Virus record (IMG/VR): IMGVR_UViG_3300012352_000596
Span: 1-33,090 of that record
DNA: 33,090 nucleotides
Reading direction: 5' to 3' (one strand)
Source of the DNA: a virus
Taxonomy: Duplodnaviria > Caudoviricetes
The position numbers and the translations under genes were made by a program. The notes beneath the pieces are model-generated. The model saw only the letters and a program-made list of their open reading frames with translations. It had not been told where the DNA came from and ran no database searches. Positions 10,735 to 20,310 of this stretch are shown in pieces; within the stretch, counting starts at the first letter, position 1; each line of letters opens with the position of its first letter.

Positions 10735-13700
10735 TTATGGACAAGCAGTCCCACAACTTATTAATGTCCAATCACCCAAATCTATAAATGGATATGCATA
10801 TCTTAGACTTTCACAATCTACACAACCTGGTATTACTGTTGAACCTAATGACCCAAAGTATGTAGTTACTCCATCAGGGTTTGCTGGTGTATTATATCTA
10901 ATATATCCTGTGTCTATTACGTTTATGGTTACACCAGTGTTATATGTTGAACCTGTTGGAGAACCAGCAAGTAGTACACCCAATGATGATGCTGTGGTTG
11001 ATAAATCCGTACAATCTGTAAAGACATTCAATGTCGCTTGAGTCTGACCTGAGTTAATTAACCATACAGGATTATTCTGATTATAAATTGTAGATAATGG
11101 TTCGTCTTCAATATTCAATAAGAAGAAATATCTATTTGGGTCACTCGTATATAAAGTAGCTCCACCTGTCTCGTATTGATTTTTACTTACTTCATGAATT
11201 GAATAACCTAAGTGAGTATTACCTGTATATGATATTGAACTTGTATATCCACTTACATTACCACCCAATGTTCCAACGAAATAATCGTAAAGAATAGAAT
11301 AGTAAAACAAACTCTCGTAGATACTATCTGTACCTACAAACTCTGTCTTGAATTTATAAATAGTTGCTTCATTACAATATTGATATTCAAAGTATCTTGT
11401 TGGATATGAACTTGGATTATAATTTATCTGTACCAACTCAACTCTTGTAAGTTCGTCATTGGTTAAGTTAAAGTTTTCAATCTTGTTCCATGTGAAATAC
11501 TGTTCCTTAATCTTAATAATATCTTTTGGATTAAGTGTTTCAATATCTGATAATTTAATATCAAAGAAACCTGATAATATTCTTGTGTTCTTGTCAAACG
11601 CATTGTCCACTCTATCTTGATAGAATAGTTTGTACATATCTTGATTGGTGTATGCGTTGAATAAACTTATACTTCCACCTGCAATGGTTGTTGGTTCCTC
11701 TGAATTAAATAAGATACAAATACTGTCGTTGTTAATCTTATTTGAATCAGGGTTTCCCATTGGCATCGTATTAGATACCACAGGTGAGATTAACGCACCT
11801 TGTGCATTGGTTGCATCACTCTTTGATACTCTAAAATACGCAGTTGTTACACCTGAAATGGTGAACACTTCATTAGGGTCATCAAGGAATGGTGAGAAAT
11901 TACCCATGTTATAGAATAATTTCGGTTTGGTTTTAACACCTTTATAAACCCAGTCAACCGTTGTTACGTTATTTGCTCCCGATATTTCCTGTGAACTTTC
12001 TGTGTAGTTAATTCCCAATGGGATTCCCACATCATTTGGTGCAAAGTTTGGATTGTTATTCGGGTTCCATTGTCTCATCATCTGTGGTGAGAAGGTTGTT
12101 TCAATCCTTTTACTTTGTGATTTAAACTCAGTTGGATTATAAACTTTATTCTCTCCGTATATTCTTGTGTTACTATTTTTAAAATCTATATTACCTTGGT
12201 CACCATCTTCCAAATCTGTAAGGATTATTTCCGATTCTAAGAGGTTTAATGCAGGTTGTACAGTGAATCCCTTATCCCAAGATAGTTTGTCTGTCCAGTC
12301 GTAAATTTCACCCGTTCCTACGTAATATTGATATGGTTCTATAATGATTTGGTTTGGAACATCAGGATCAGGAACAAATACCAAATTGAATTTCTTTGCA
12401 ATCGATGCAAGAATATCAATCTGTTTTATGTTTTGGTCAATGATTAAACTAAAATCAATATAAGTATTATCAACAACCTCAACGATTGTATTTGATGGTA
12501 ATGGTGCGTATGCTAATGTCTTTGAAGATAGACCAACATTTGATGCTGATGGTTCAAATCCATAGTTGTATATATATTCAGGTGAGAATGGACAACCATA
12601 TCCACAATCTACCCATTGTTCTTGTGTGAAACTAAATGTTGTACCTGTTGTGTTTGCGGGTATTGTTAATGATTGAATATATGGTGTTGCTCCTCCATAA
12701 CATGGGAACAATTCAAAGTTCCAACCTAAAGTAATTTCTTGGTTACAAAATACAGGGATACCGGTATCTTTTTTAACCACATATATAGTCCAATTGTGTA
12801 CAGTTCTTGGATATGTTGTAGAACACGCTGAATCACTTAGTACTTCTAAGTCATCTTGCCATATTACTTCCACACCATCTAAACCATATGTTTGTGTTTG
12901 TGGTGTTTTGTATGAGAATTTAGCGGTGTCATTTGAATAGAAACCATACATATATAATAGTTTCATCCAAGGACTCGTCATAAAATCAGACTTAATTGTA
13001 TATCCATAGGTTTTAAACATAAGTTTAATAATGGAATATAAATTTAATGCTGGTTTTAATTGATTGTCTCTTACACCATCTTCAGGTGAATTGATTCTAT
13101 ATCTGTCAACACCTGCAGCGTATGCCGCAGCATTGTTCGCCCAACTACCTAACTTGGTTGTTGTGTATAATGAAGTACCTGTTATACCTGTGAATAATAC
13201 CTGTGTGGTATTTCCTGAAGTTTCATAGTTATATCCATTGTGATTAATTGGATAGAAGTAATTTGATGGTACTTCACTTGTTGATTTTAATGTTTCATAT
13301 CTCCAATCAGCAATAACATTATCTCTTGTAAAGACGTGATTGAAGTGATAGTCAACATCTCTAAAATCTAAGTCTTTCAGTAAGTTATTTCCGATTGAAC
13401 CGTATAAATCACCAATATCACTATATAGTGTTACATCATATTCTACTTTTGAGTTTTGAACAGATGTTGAATTTAATTTTAAGTATCCTTTGAAATACGC
13501 TTGGTCGTCAATCAATACCTGACATTGAACTTTACTTGTTGCATCAAAGTATAATGACTGTACATCAACGTTAAAGAAGTTTTCAAAGAATCTATTGTTC
13601 TTTTTTGAGCCAGGAAGTTTTAATCCGATTGAATAATCAGAGTTTCTCTTGGCAATATCTTGTAATTCAGCAAAGGATTTGTTAATTGATAATGGAATAT

Positions 13701-14175
13701 CACTATATAAATCCAATACTTCATACTTATCCACTGTGTAATTAACCAATTGGTCTTCAGGTACGAAGTAAACTGTGAACACACCTGCTGTACTTGGGAT
13801 ACCACCTTGTTTAAATGCTATAATATCACCGTCTTGTACGGAGAAATATGAGTCATTTGTGATTGAAAATGTGGTAAAAATACGTCTAAAGAATGGTTCA
13901 CTTGGATGTTTTACGAATGCTTGAAGATAATTGTCTCCAATTTCTACATCTGCAAGTGAAATATTGTAATATAACACACCATTTCCCTGTACTCCAAATT
14001 CAAAAAACGTAGAACCTAATCCAAATGAACCAACATATGGACTAATTGTGGTACCACTACCTGAATATGTAAGACCACTTATTGATGGTGTTATAGATAA
14101 TGATGTATTTCCTGTTACAATTATGTCACTTGGGACACTTGTTTTAACTCTTAATACCGTTTGTTGTTGACTCAT
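10735..14175 (-). CDS. Large tail tip/baseplate-hub-like protein
   Basis: 1146 aa; LDLY.DIP.SIN....LQDI.KRNSDYS...KLPGSK.NN.FF motif seen in Bacteroidota siphovirus tail proteins; sits in the tail module. Confidence 0.65.
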   Translation of the reverse strand: MSQQQTVLRVKTSVPSDIIVTGNTSLSITPSISGLTYSGSGTTISPYVGSFGLGSTFFEFGVQGNGVLYYNISLADVEIGDNYLQAFVKHPSEPFFRRIFTTFSITNDSYFSVQDGDIIAFKQGGIPSTAGVFTVYFVPEDQLVNYTVDKYEVLDLYSDIPLSINKSFAELQDIAKRNSDYSIGLKLPGSKKNNRFFENFFNVDVQSLYFDATSKVQCQVLIDDQAYFKGYLKLNSTSVQNSKVEYDVTLYSDIGDLYGSIGNNLLKDLDFRDVDYHFNHVFTRDNVIADWRYETLKSTSEVPSNYFYPINHNGYNYETSGNTTQVLFTGITGTSLYTTTKLGSWANNAAAYAAGVDRYRINSPEDGVRDNQLKPALNLYSIIKLMFKTYGYTIKSDFMTSPWMKLLYMYGFYSNDTAKFSYKTPQTQTYGLDGVEVIWQDDLEVLSDSACSTTYPRTVHNWTIYVVKKDTGIPVFCNQEITLGWNFELFPCYGGATPYIQSLTIPANTTGTTFSFTQEQWVDCGYGCPFSPEYIYNYGFEPSASNVGLSSKTLAYAPLPSNTIVEVVDNTYIDFSLIIDQNIKQIDILASIAKKFNLVFVPDPDVPNQIIIEPYQYYVGTGEIYDWTDKLSWDKGFTVQPALNLLESEIILTDLEDGDQGNIDFKNSNTRIYGENKVYNPTEFKSQSKRIETTFSPQMMRQWNPNNNPNFAPNDVGIPLGINYTESSQEISGANNVTTVDWVYKGVKTKPKLFYNMGNFSPFLDDPNEVFTISGVTTAYFRVSKSDATNAQGALISPVVSNTMPMGNPDSNKINNDSICILFNSEEPTTIAGGSISLFNAYTNQDMYKLFYQDRVDNAFDKNTRILSGFFDIKLSDIETLNPKDIIKIKEQYFTWNKIENFNLTNDELTRVELVQINYNPSSYPTRYFEYQYCNEATIYKFKTEFVGTDSIYESLFYYSILYDYFVGTLGGNVSGYTSSISYTGNTHLGYSIHEVSKNQYETGGATLYTSDPNRYFFLLNIEDEPLSTIYNQNNPVWLINSGQTQATLNVFTDCTDLSTTASSLGVLLAGSPTGSTYNTGVTINVIDTGYIRYNTPANPDGVTTYFGSLGSTVIPGCVDCESLRYAYPFIDLGDWTLISCGTACP

Positions 14176-14178
14176 ATA

Positions 14179-15759
14179 TTAGAAACCTTTATTTACAAAG
14201 TATGTGCTCGCACGTTTCAATGTAATTTTATACTTATTTAATTTCTTATGTTTCTTTGTTATTGTTTCCACCTCAGTTGATACGACTTGAACGGGTCTTA
14301 AATCTTTATATACCTTATCTTGTCTATCCAATGGTGAAACATAATCTTCTCTTACCTCATATACCTGTGGTGACATAAATAATTGTTGTAACCATTCACC
14401 ATATTGTACATTTAGAAAATCTGATTCCAAAACAATTTCTTCATCCACATCTGTTGCAAATGTTTTAATCGTTCTACCAAAGTTTCTATCAGGTGATTGT
14501 AAATTGGTTGCGTAATATCTATTGTCATATGTCTGTCTTGATATTTTCTTTGTGTCTTGTCTGTAAGATGTAAATGTGAAATAATCAAATCCACCTCTTG
14601 CATTTAAGAACGCCAATCTTGTGTTTTGTGGACCACAATTTGTATCCACATAAAAATAGAATGCTTCAGATGAAGGTCCAATCGGTCCTAATGAAACTCT
14701 ATTTGTACTGTTTGTTGGGAACGAATATGCCAACTGTACTCTGTAGTATGCTACTTGAGACCAATCAATGTTTGCAAAGATGTTGTCAATATCTTTTGGT
14801 CCACATGGTAATGACCATACACTTAAATTATTTCTATTTGATGTTGGTGATTGATATGTTGTTCCCGATATGTTTATTTGTTGGTCAAAGTAAGATATTT
14901 GTGTGTTGTTCTCATCATAAAATTCAAAAACCGCATAGTCAGATTCCATCACTTGTCTATCCCCTGTTTGTCCGTTTAAGAAATATAATACATAATTTTC
15001 TGATTCTTGTATAGTCTGAATCCTTGGTGCATCTGTTAAAAATCTTGCAGTCTCACTCATTTCAGGTACAGTTGGACCATCAATCATAAACTGAGACATA
15101 GGAGATAATCTTCTATTCACATCAAGTGTGTTGATAGTCATACCAGTACCTATTACAGTACCCAATTCTTGATCAAAATTCGGTAGGTAATACTTCTCAT
15201 CCATTTGGAATTGTCCTCCAACATAGTTAAAGTATTGACCTGTATTGATGAATGATGATGCAGTAAATCCTGTTGATGTTGCACAAGTTGGAATATCTGT
15301 ATAATGATTGAAATTGTTTACAGGTGAACCTGAATATTCTGTTACAACTGTTGAACCTGTTAGGTATCTATACCCATATTGGAAATTAGTCTTAATAATA
15401 TTTGGATATGGATTATTAATATTGATTGATTCGTTTGTTGAGTACCAGTCATTTAACCAATAGTATTGGTAATGTTCCGATTCAACAAAACTTTGTAGGT
15501 AGTCATATGGTCTAAGATTAAACTTATAAGTGTATGTTGCACCTGATTGTGTTACATCATACGGAACCAATGACATTCTTCCAACCTTTTCTTCGTTAGA
15601 ATATAAATCAACATCCATTTCCATTGATGATACATAAGTGTCACCTGTTAGAACTATCTCGTATGACCCACCTCTTTGGTAAATCATATCCGTTGAACGT
15701 CTAATCTGTGAGTTATTGTTTAATCCGTTTGCGTATAATTGTGTATATCCGAAACTCAT
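14179..15759 (-). CDS. Tail structural protein (distal-tail-like)
   Basis: 526 aa; FLNARGGFDYFTF and L..L.MSPQVY motifs; adjacent to the tail tip gene. Confidence 0.6.
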   Translation of the reverse strand: MSFGYTQLYANGLNNNSQIRRSTDMIYQRGGSYEIVLTGDTYVSSMEMDVDLYSNEEKVGRMSLVPYDVTQSGATYTYKFNLRPYDYLQSFVESEHYQYYWLNDWYSTNESININNPYPNIIKTNFQYGYRYLTGSTVVTEYSGSPVNNFNHYTDIPTCATSTGFTASSFINTGQYFNYVGGQFQMDEKYYLPNFDQELGTVIGTGMTINTLDVNRRLSPMSQFMIDGPTVPEMSETARFLTDAPRIQTIQESENYVLYFLNGQTGDRQVMESDYAVFEFYDENNTQISYFDQQINISGTTYQSPTSNRNNLSVWSLPCGPKDIDNIFANIDWSQVAYYRVQLAYSFPTNSTNRVSLGPIGPSSEAFYFYVDTNCGPQNTRLAFLNARGGFDYFTFTSYRQDTKKISRQTYDNRYYATNLQSPDRNFGRTIKTFATDVDEEIVLESDFLNVQYGEWLQQLFMSPQVYEVREDYVSPLDRQDKVYKDLRPVQVVSTEVETITKKHKKLNKYKITLKRASTYFVNKGF

Positions 15760-15760
15760 A

Positions 15761-16396
15761 TTATATAGTATTTGCTGTTAAATTATATTCTATCATATTG
15801 ACCAATTCTTCAAATGCAGCATTACCTAATAATTCTACAATTTGTTCGTTTTGTTCTAATTGTTCAAATAGTTTATCTTCAATATTTGCCGGTCTAATAC
15901 CGAATTTAATGATGTTCTTTTGGATACCGAACGCCATCCCTTCTTGAAGGTCAATATTGAATTTTATTTTTTTATCCTTAATCCATTTAAGTAATACATC
16001 CATGGGTAATGGATGAAGACCTTTTTTTATTCTTGCCTTATTGATAATATACGCAGTTGCAACTTGAGATTGTAGTGCATCGTATTTATCGTTATTTTTA
16101 TCTGTTGCTTGAATCCCTCTATTTCTCATCCATCCAAGGATGGCAGAAATTGGAACACCCTTCTTACCTGGTGCTCTACCTGATTGAACCCATTGAAAGT
16201 AATCGTTGGCAAATAATTCAATTGCAATATTTGAACCTCGTCTTACAACATTTACTGAAATACTATTCAACAAACTACCTGATGCAACCTTATTACCAAC
16301 CCCGAATTGAGGATGACCATAAGGATATATCTTTTCTTTGAGAAGGTCTTTCAACATCTCATCAATCATTTCTGCAATTTGTTGTGCGTTAATCAT
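15761..16396 (-). CDS. Putative neck/tail-completion protein
   Basis: 211 aa; ASG.L.NSI...Y..WV..GR.PG...P...I..W...GI motif resembling HK97 gp10-like morphogenesis proteins. Confidence 0.55.
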   Translation of the reverse strand: MINAQQIAEMIDEMLKDLLKEKIYPYGHPQFGVGNKVASGSLLNSISVNVVRRGSNIAIELFANDYFQWVQSGRAPGKKGVPISAILGWMRNRGIQATDKNNDKYDALQSQVATAYIINKARIKKGLHPLPMDVLLKWIKDKKIKFNIDLQEGMAFGIQKNIIKFGIRPANIEDKLFEQLEQNEQIVELLGNAAFEELVNMIEYNLTANTI

Positions 16397-16397
16397 A

Positions 16398-16544
16398 TTA
16401 TAATTCTTCGTATGATACTACTGTATCACCAAACATTAATTCCAATTGTTTTATTTTATCTTCAACTGATTCATATTCATAAACCAGTACTTCATCTAAT
16501 CTTTGTGGTTGGGGATTTTCCCAAATTACTTTTATATGTTTCAT
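16398..16544 (-). CDS. Small hypothetical protein (48 aa; not in ORF track)
   Basis: MKHIKVIWENPQPQRLDEVLVYEYESVEDKIKQLELMFGDTVVSYEEL; TAATG coupling with the upstream stop; fills the gap exactly. Confidence 0.75.
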   Translation of the reverse strand: MKHIKVIWENPQPQRLDEVLVYEYESVEDKIKQLELMFGDTVVSYEEL

Positions 16545-19249
16545 TATCTAACTTGATTTACTGTTAAGATTATCGCTGGTGAACGAGGTATATTTCCTGA
16601 CGCTGCTATTGTTGTGAATGTTGTATTATTACTATCTGATTGATAAGTAATTTCATAATAATCACCAGCGTTACAAGTATCCCATAAATTCAACGCCATT
16701 AATTGTTCGTGGTTTGATGGAACTGTTACAATAGTTGCGGTGTCCGCCACATTAGTACCATTCTTCTTTAACCATACCGCTATTTGTGCGTCACCCGCAC
16801 CTTGTGATATTTGAATTGAATATTGTAAGTTATATGTACCAGTTCTATCTACAACAATATGTGTTCCACTACCATTAATATAAACTGAGTTTACATTTAA
16901 TGATGTGTCAAATGTGAATGAACCACTTGTGTTTGCGGTTGTAGTATATGACCCTGTTGAATAGAACGCACCTACTCCCATCAACGCTGGTAGTGCATCT
17001 AATGGTGTTGCTTTAGTTAATGTACCCGTACTATCTGTGGTTACAAAAAATGAACCTGTTGAGTCTGATAAACTAGTTACTTTTAATGAACCTGTTACAG
17101 TTAAAGGTGAACTACCACTCTTAAACATAATAGGTACAGTATCAGATGGTAATTGTAAGTTGAAGTAGTTTTGTGCCTCATCAATACCTTGTAAAGAACC
17201 TAATATTAAGTTATTAGAACCAGTTGTATAACTTGTTCCCTTTGCGAGAATTACGTTATTAGAACCTGACTTAAGACCGACATTTAAGTTAGATAACATT
17301 AAGTTGTTTGAACCTGTTCTAAAGTTATTAAAGTTACCACCGAATGTATAGTTGTCAGTTGATGTAGATGTGATACCGAATTGAGTATCTGTTTGGTCCA
17401 TATTACCTTGACCTAAGAAGAAACCTACTTTTCTTGTTGGGTTAAAGAATAATTGTGCTTGGTTTGTACCATCTGCAATTCTTAATGAACCTGATTCATT
17501 ATACAATCTCATTGAACCTGAGTGAATAACAAATGTTCTATCAGATGTTGCAACTGAACCACTTATTACGCCAGGTCCTATTGATGTTAATGAACCTGAG
17601 AACACAGCGTTTGAACCTGTATCAATTGATAAACCTGTTCTTCTATTACCTGTACCTGTTCCTGTACCTACACCAAATATAATATTGTTTGAGTTATTTA
17701 ATGATGTTATATCGTTAAATCTACCAACGAATGCTGAACCTCCTGTGTTGACTGCGTTTGATGCTGATACAATAAGACCCGAACCAAATACAATTGTTCC
17801 ATGTAAGTGTGCGTTGTTTGAACCGTTATGTGATGATGTTACGTTTGTATTAATACCACCAATAAAGTTGTCTGAGATATTTCTTGATTCTGCGGATGAT
17901 GGTGAACCTGTTACAAATAATTGTACAGTGTTACCCATTATAATATTTCTTTGAACGTTCACCAAGTTGGTTGCCGTTGAGAATGAACTACTAAAATCAT
18001 TTCTAATATTCACAGCGTTACCGTTAATATTATTTTGATTCAATACAATTGATGAACTTGAATGTCCTAAGTTTACCACACCATTAATAACGTTTTGTGA
18101 TATTGTTGGAAGGTTTGCGGATGCAGATAAGAATGATTGTGATGCAAATGAGTTTAATGTACCCAATAATAAATTTGCATTCATCAATACTGAACCACTA
18201 TTATGTCTTAATTGAGTTGTACCACCAAAAATAACATTTCCCGCTACTGTTGGTGCACTTTGTGAACCTGTGGTAAAAAACATATTAATTGAACCATTTC
18301 CATAATTAGCATTAACGGTAGGGTTTCTATATGCTCCTGTTTGATATGCGGGAATTGTTGATAATACGTTTAAACTACCAACCAAACCATAAGTTCCATT
18401 TGGAGTATTTTGTCTTGACGTATTTAATAAAATATTGTTTGAACCTGATATAACAATTGAACCTGTAAATAATGTGGTTGATGGTCCTACAATACCACCA
18501 AATACTAAATTTGATTGTGATATTGGTGCTGATGCCGATATTGGTGATATTGAACCTGATGTAAATCCTTGTGAATATAATTTGATTAAACCATCATTAT
18601 CAACATTACCGATAATTGCTCCGTCAATTAATGTATTACCTAATACATTAAGAGAACCTGTTATACCAATATTGTTTGTTGTATTATAGAATGAACCTGT
18701 TTGTGCAAAGATTGAATCACCACTTGTACCTGATGTTCCACTAGTTCCTGAAGAACCATCAATACCACTTGTACCTGAAGTACCACTTGAACCATTAACT
18801 CCTGATGTACCACTAGTTCCTGAAGAACCATCTATACCTGATGTACCTGACGAACCACTTATACCCGATGTTCCTGATGTACCTGAACTTCCATTCTGTC
18901 CTGACGTACCACTTGAACCACTTGTTCCTGAAGTACCACTTGAACCATTTGTTCCTGAAGTACCTGAGGTTCCATCACTTCCACTTACACCTGAGGTTCC
19001 ACTCGTTCCTGAAGAACCAGCAAGACCACTCGTACCTGAAGTACCTGAGGTTCCGTTTGTGATTGGAACATTATTTATAAAGAAAGAACCTGAGATGTTT
19101 ACCTCAGTTAAACTCATCTGTAATGGTGAATTATCCCCATCACCTGTCTGTACGGTTTGAAGTGTGTTAGTTAATCCATTAGTACTATCGGTCATCTTTA
19201 AAAGACCTTGATAGGACTGTGATACATATAAATTAGTTAATTGACCCAT
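16544..19249 (-). CDS. Fibre protein: collagen-like G-X-Y stalk, beta-solenoid-like body, C1q/BclA-like C-terminal domain
   Basis: 901 aa; 38 consecutive G-X-Y triplets; Asn/Gly/Ile-rich repeats; C-terminal GAFYS...TGTYNLQYSIQ...WLKKNG...AGDYYEI pattern. Confidence 0.7.
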   Translation of the reverse strand: MGQLTNLYVSQSYQGLLKMTDSTNGLTNTLQTVQTGDGDNSPLQMSLTEVNISGSFFINNVPITNGTSGTSGTSGLAGSSGTSGTSGVSGSDGTSGTSGTNGSSGTSGTSGSSGTSGQNGSSGTSGTSGISGSSGTSGIDGSSGTSGTSGVNGSSGTSGTSGIDGSSGTSGTSGTSGDSIFAQTGSFYNTTNNIGITGSLNVLGNTLIDGAIIGNVDNDGLIKLYSQGFTSGSISPISASAPISQSNLVFGGIVGPSTTLFTGSIVISGSNNILLNTSRQNTPNGTYGLVGSLNVLSTIPAYQTGAYRNPTVNANYGNGSINMFFTTGSQSAPTVAGNVIFGGTTQLRHNSGSVLMNANLLLGTLNSFASQSFLSASANLPTISQNVINGVVNLGHSSSSIVLNQNNINGNAVNIRNDFSSSFSTATNLVNVQRNIIMGNTVQLFVTGSPSSAESRNISDNFIGGINTNVTSSHNGSNNAHLHGTIVFGSGLIVSASNAVNTGGSAFVGRFNDITSLNNSNNIIFGVGTGTGTGNRRTGLSIDTGSNAVFSGSLTSIGPGVISGSVATSDRTFVIHSGSMRLYNESGSLRIADGTNQAQLFFNPTRKVGFFLGQGNMDQTDTQFGITSTSTDNYTFGGNFNNFRTGSNNLMLSNLNVGLKSGSNNVILAKGTSYTTGSNNLILGSLQGIDEAQNYFNLQLPSDTVPIMFKSGSSPLTVTGSLKVTSLSDSTGSFFVTTDSTGTLTKATPLDALPALMGVGAFYSTGSYTTTANTSGSFTFDTSLNVNSVYINGSGTHIVVDRTGTYNLQYSIQISQGAGDAQIAVWLKKNGTNVADTATIVTVPSNHEQLMALNLWDTCNAGDYYEITYQSDSNNTTFTTIAASGNIPRSPAIILTVNQVR
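18713..19054 (-). repeat. Coding (Gly-Thr/Ser-Ser)n repeat
   Basis: 38 G-X-Y triplets, mostly GTS/GSS, with no Pro. Confidence 0.9.
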
Positions 19250-19270
19250 TTTATATTAAATTTTTGTGTT

Positions 19271-20278
19271 TTAAGTATTTTTCCAACTGGTTGATATTGT
19301 GTTCCATAACTCTGCAAGTTCATACCATTTCTTATTTGGTGTAACAAACGGTCTTTCAGGTAAGTCACATCTATTATAATCAAATGGTTGTGTGATTTGT
19401 AAGTTCATTGTCCAACCACCTAATATTGTTTCATGTTCTTCTAAGAAAGGAACACAAGTTGCATTCCATTCTGATTCATATTCGGATAAATATAATATAG
19501 TAAATACGTCCTTACATACTTCAAGGGTATCATTCATCAAATCTCTTTGATTGGAATAATCACTATTAAGTTGGTCGGTTATTATTACTTGAAAATTATA
19601 CACCAATTCATTTTGATTAAATAGTGTTTGGCCAGGTACAAGGTACATTTTTAAATAGACCGGTTCTTGTTCCGTATCTATATCCATTGTCAACTGAGTT
19701 ATATCTCCATAACCATATGAATTGATTTGTTCGTGTGCTCGTGCAATTTCTTGAAAATCTTTAATGATTTGTTTGTAATTAACAAGATTTGTTGATTGTG
19801 GTAATGTTAATCCACTTACAGGAAGTACACAATTGTTATAATCAAACGGTTGTTCTATTGTTATATTCAATGTCCATCCACCAAGAACTGTTTCAAATCG
19901 TTCTAAGAATGGTAATACATTTGATCCCCATAATGGTTCGTAGTCAACAGAAAAATCCCCAAATGTTGCTGTATATGATTGATATAATATAGTGAAAACA
20001 TCCTTTGCAATTTCCAACGTATCAGACATTACATCTTGTTGATTGGAATAATCATCATTGATTTGGTCCAATATAATAATTGAAAAGTTATAATCTAATC
20101 TATTCTGTGCAAGAACAACCTCGCCAGGAACAACATACATCTTCGTGTAGACTGGTTCCTGTTTTGACTCTATGTCCATAGTGATTTGGGTAATGTCCCC
20201 ATAACCAAATGAATTGATTTGTGGATGATAGTATGCTATACCACTTAAATCTTGAATGAGTTGTTTATAATTGACCAT
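19271..20278 (-). CDS. Putative tail terminator/completion-like protein with a tandemly duplicated domain
   Basis: 335 aa comprising two homologous ~150-aa halves; function inferred from position and domain size. Confidence 0.5.
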   Translation of the reverse strand: MVNYKQLIQDLSGIAYYHPQINSFGYGDITQITMDIESKQEPVYTKMYVVPGEVVLAQNRLDYNFSIIILDQINDDYSNQQDVMSDTLEIAKDVFTILYQSYTATFGDFSVDYEPLWGSNVLPFLERFETVLGGWTLNITIEQPFDYNNCVLPVSGLTLPQSTNLVNYKQIIKDFQEIARAHEQINSYGYGDITQLTMDIDTEQEPVYLKMYLVPGQTLFNQNELVYNFQVIITDQLNSDYSNQRDLMNDTLEVCKDVFTILYLSEYESEWNATCVPFLEEHETILGGWTMNLQITQPFDYNRCDLPERPFVTPNKKWYELAELWNTISTSWKNT

Positions 20279-20284
20279 ACAGTA

Positions 20285-20296
20285 TTAAATATAAAT
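20285..20296 (-). promoter_or_regulatory. Conserved 12-mer ATTTATATTTAA
   Basis: Exact motif copy 6 nt upstream of the ATG at 20278. Confidence 0.6.
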
Positions 20297-20310
20297 TTAT
20301 GAATGATGTG

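Noticed and set aside
10718-10771. Track start of the 723-aa ORF
   Set aside because: It overlaps the upstream gene and the conserved 12-mer; ATG 10717 fits better.
18713-19054. Periodic DNA repeats as a CRISPR array (also 9018-9236)
   Set aside because: In-frame codon-degenerate protein repeats with no constant repeat/unique spacer pattern.
19271-20278. Duplicated halves as a DGR template/variable repeat pair
   Set aside because: Differences are not adenine-specific, both halves are in one ORF, and no reverse transcriptase is present.
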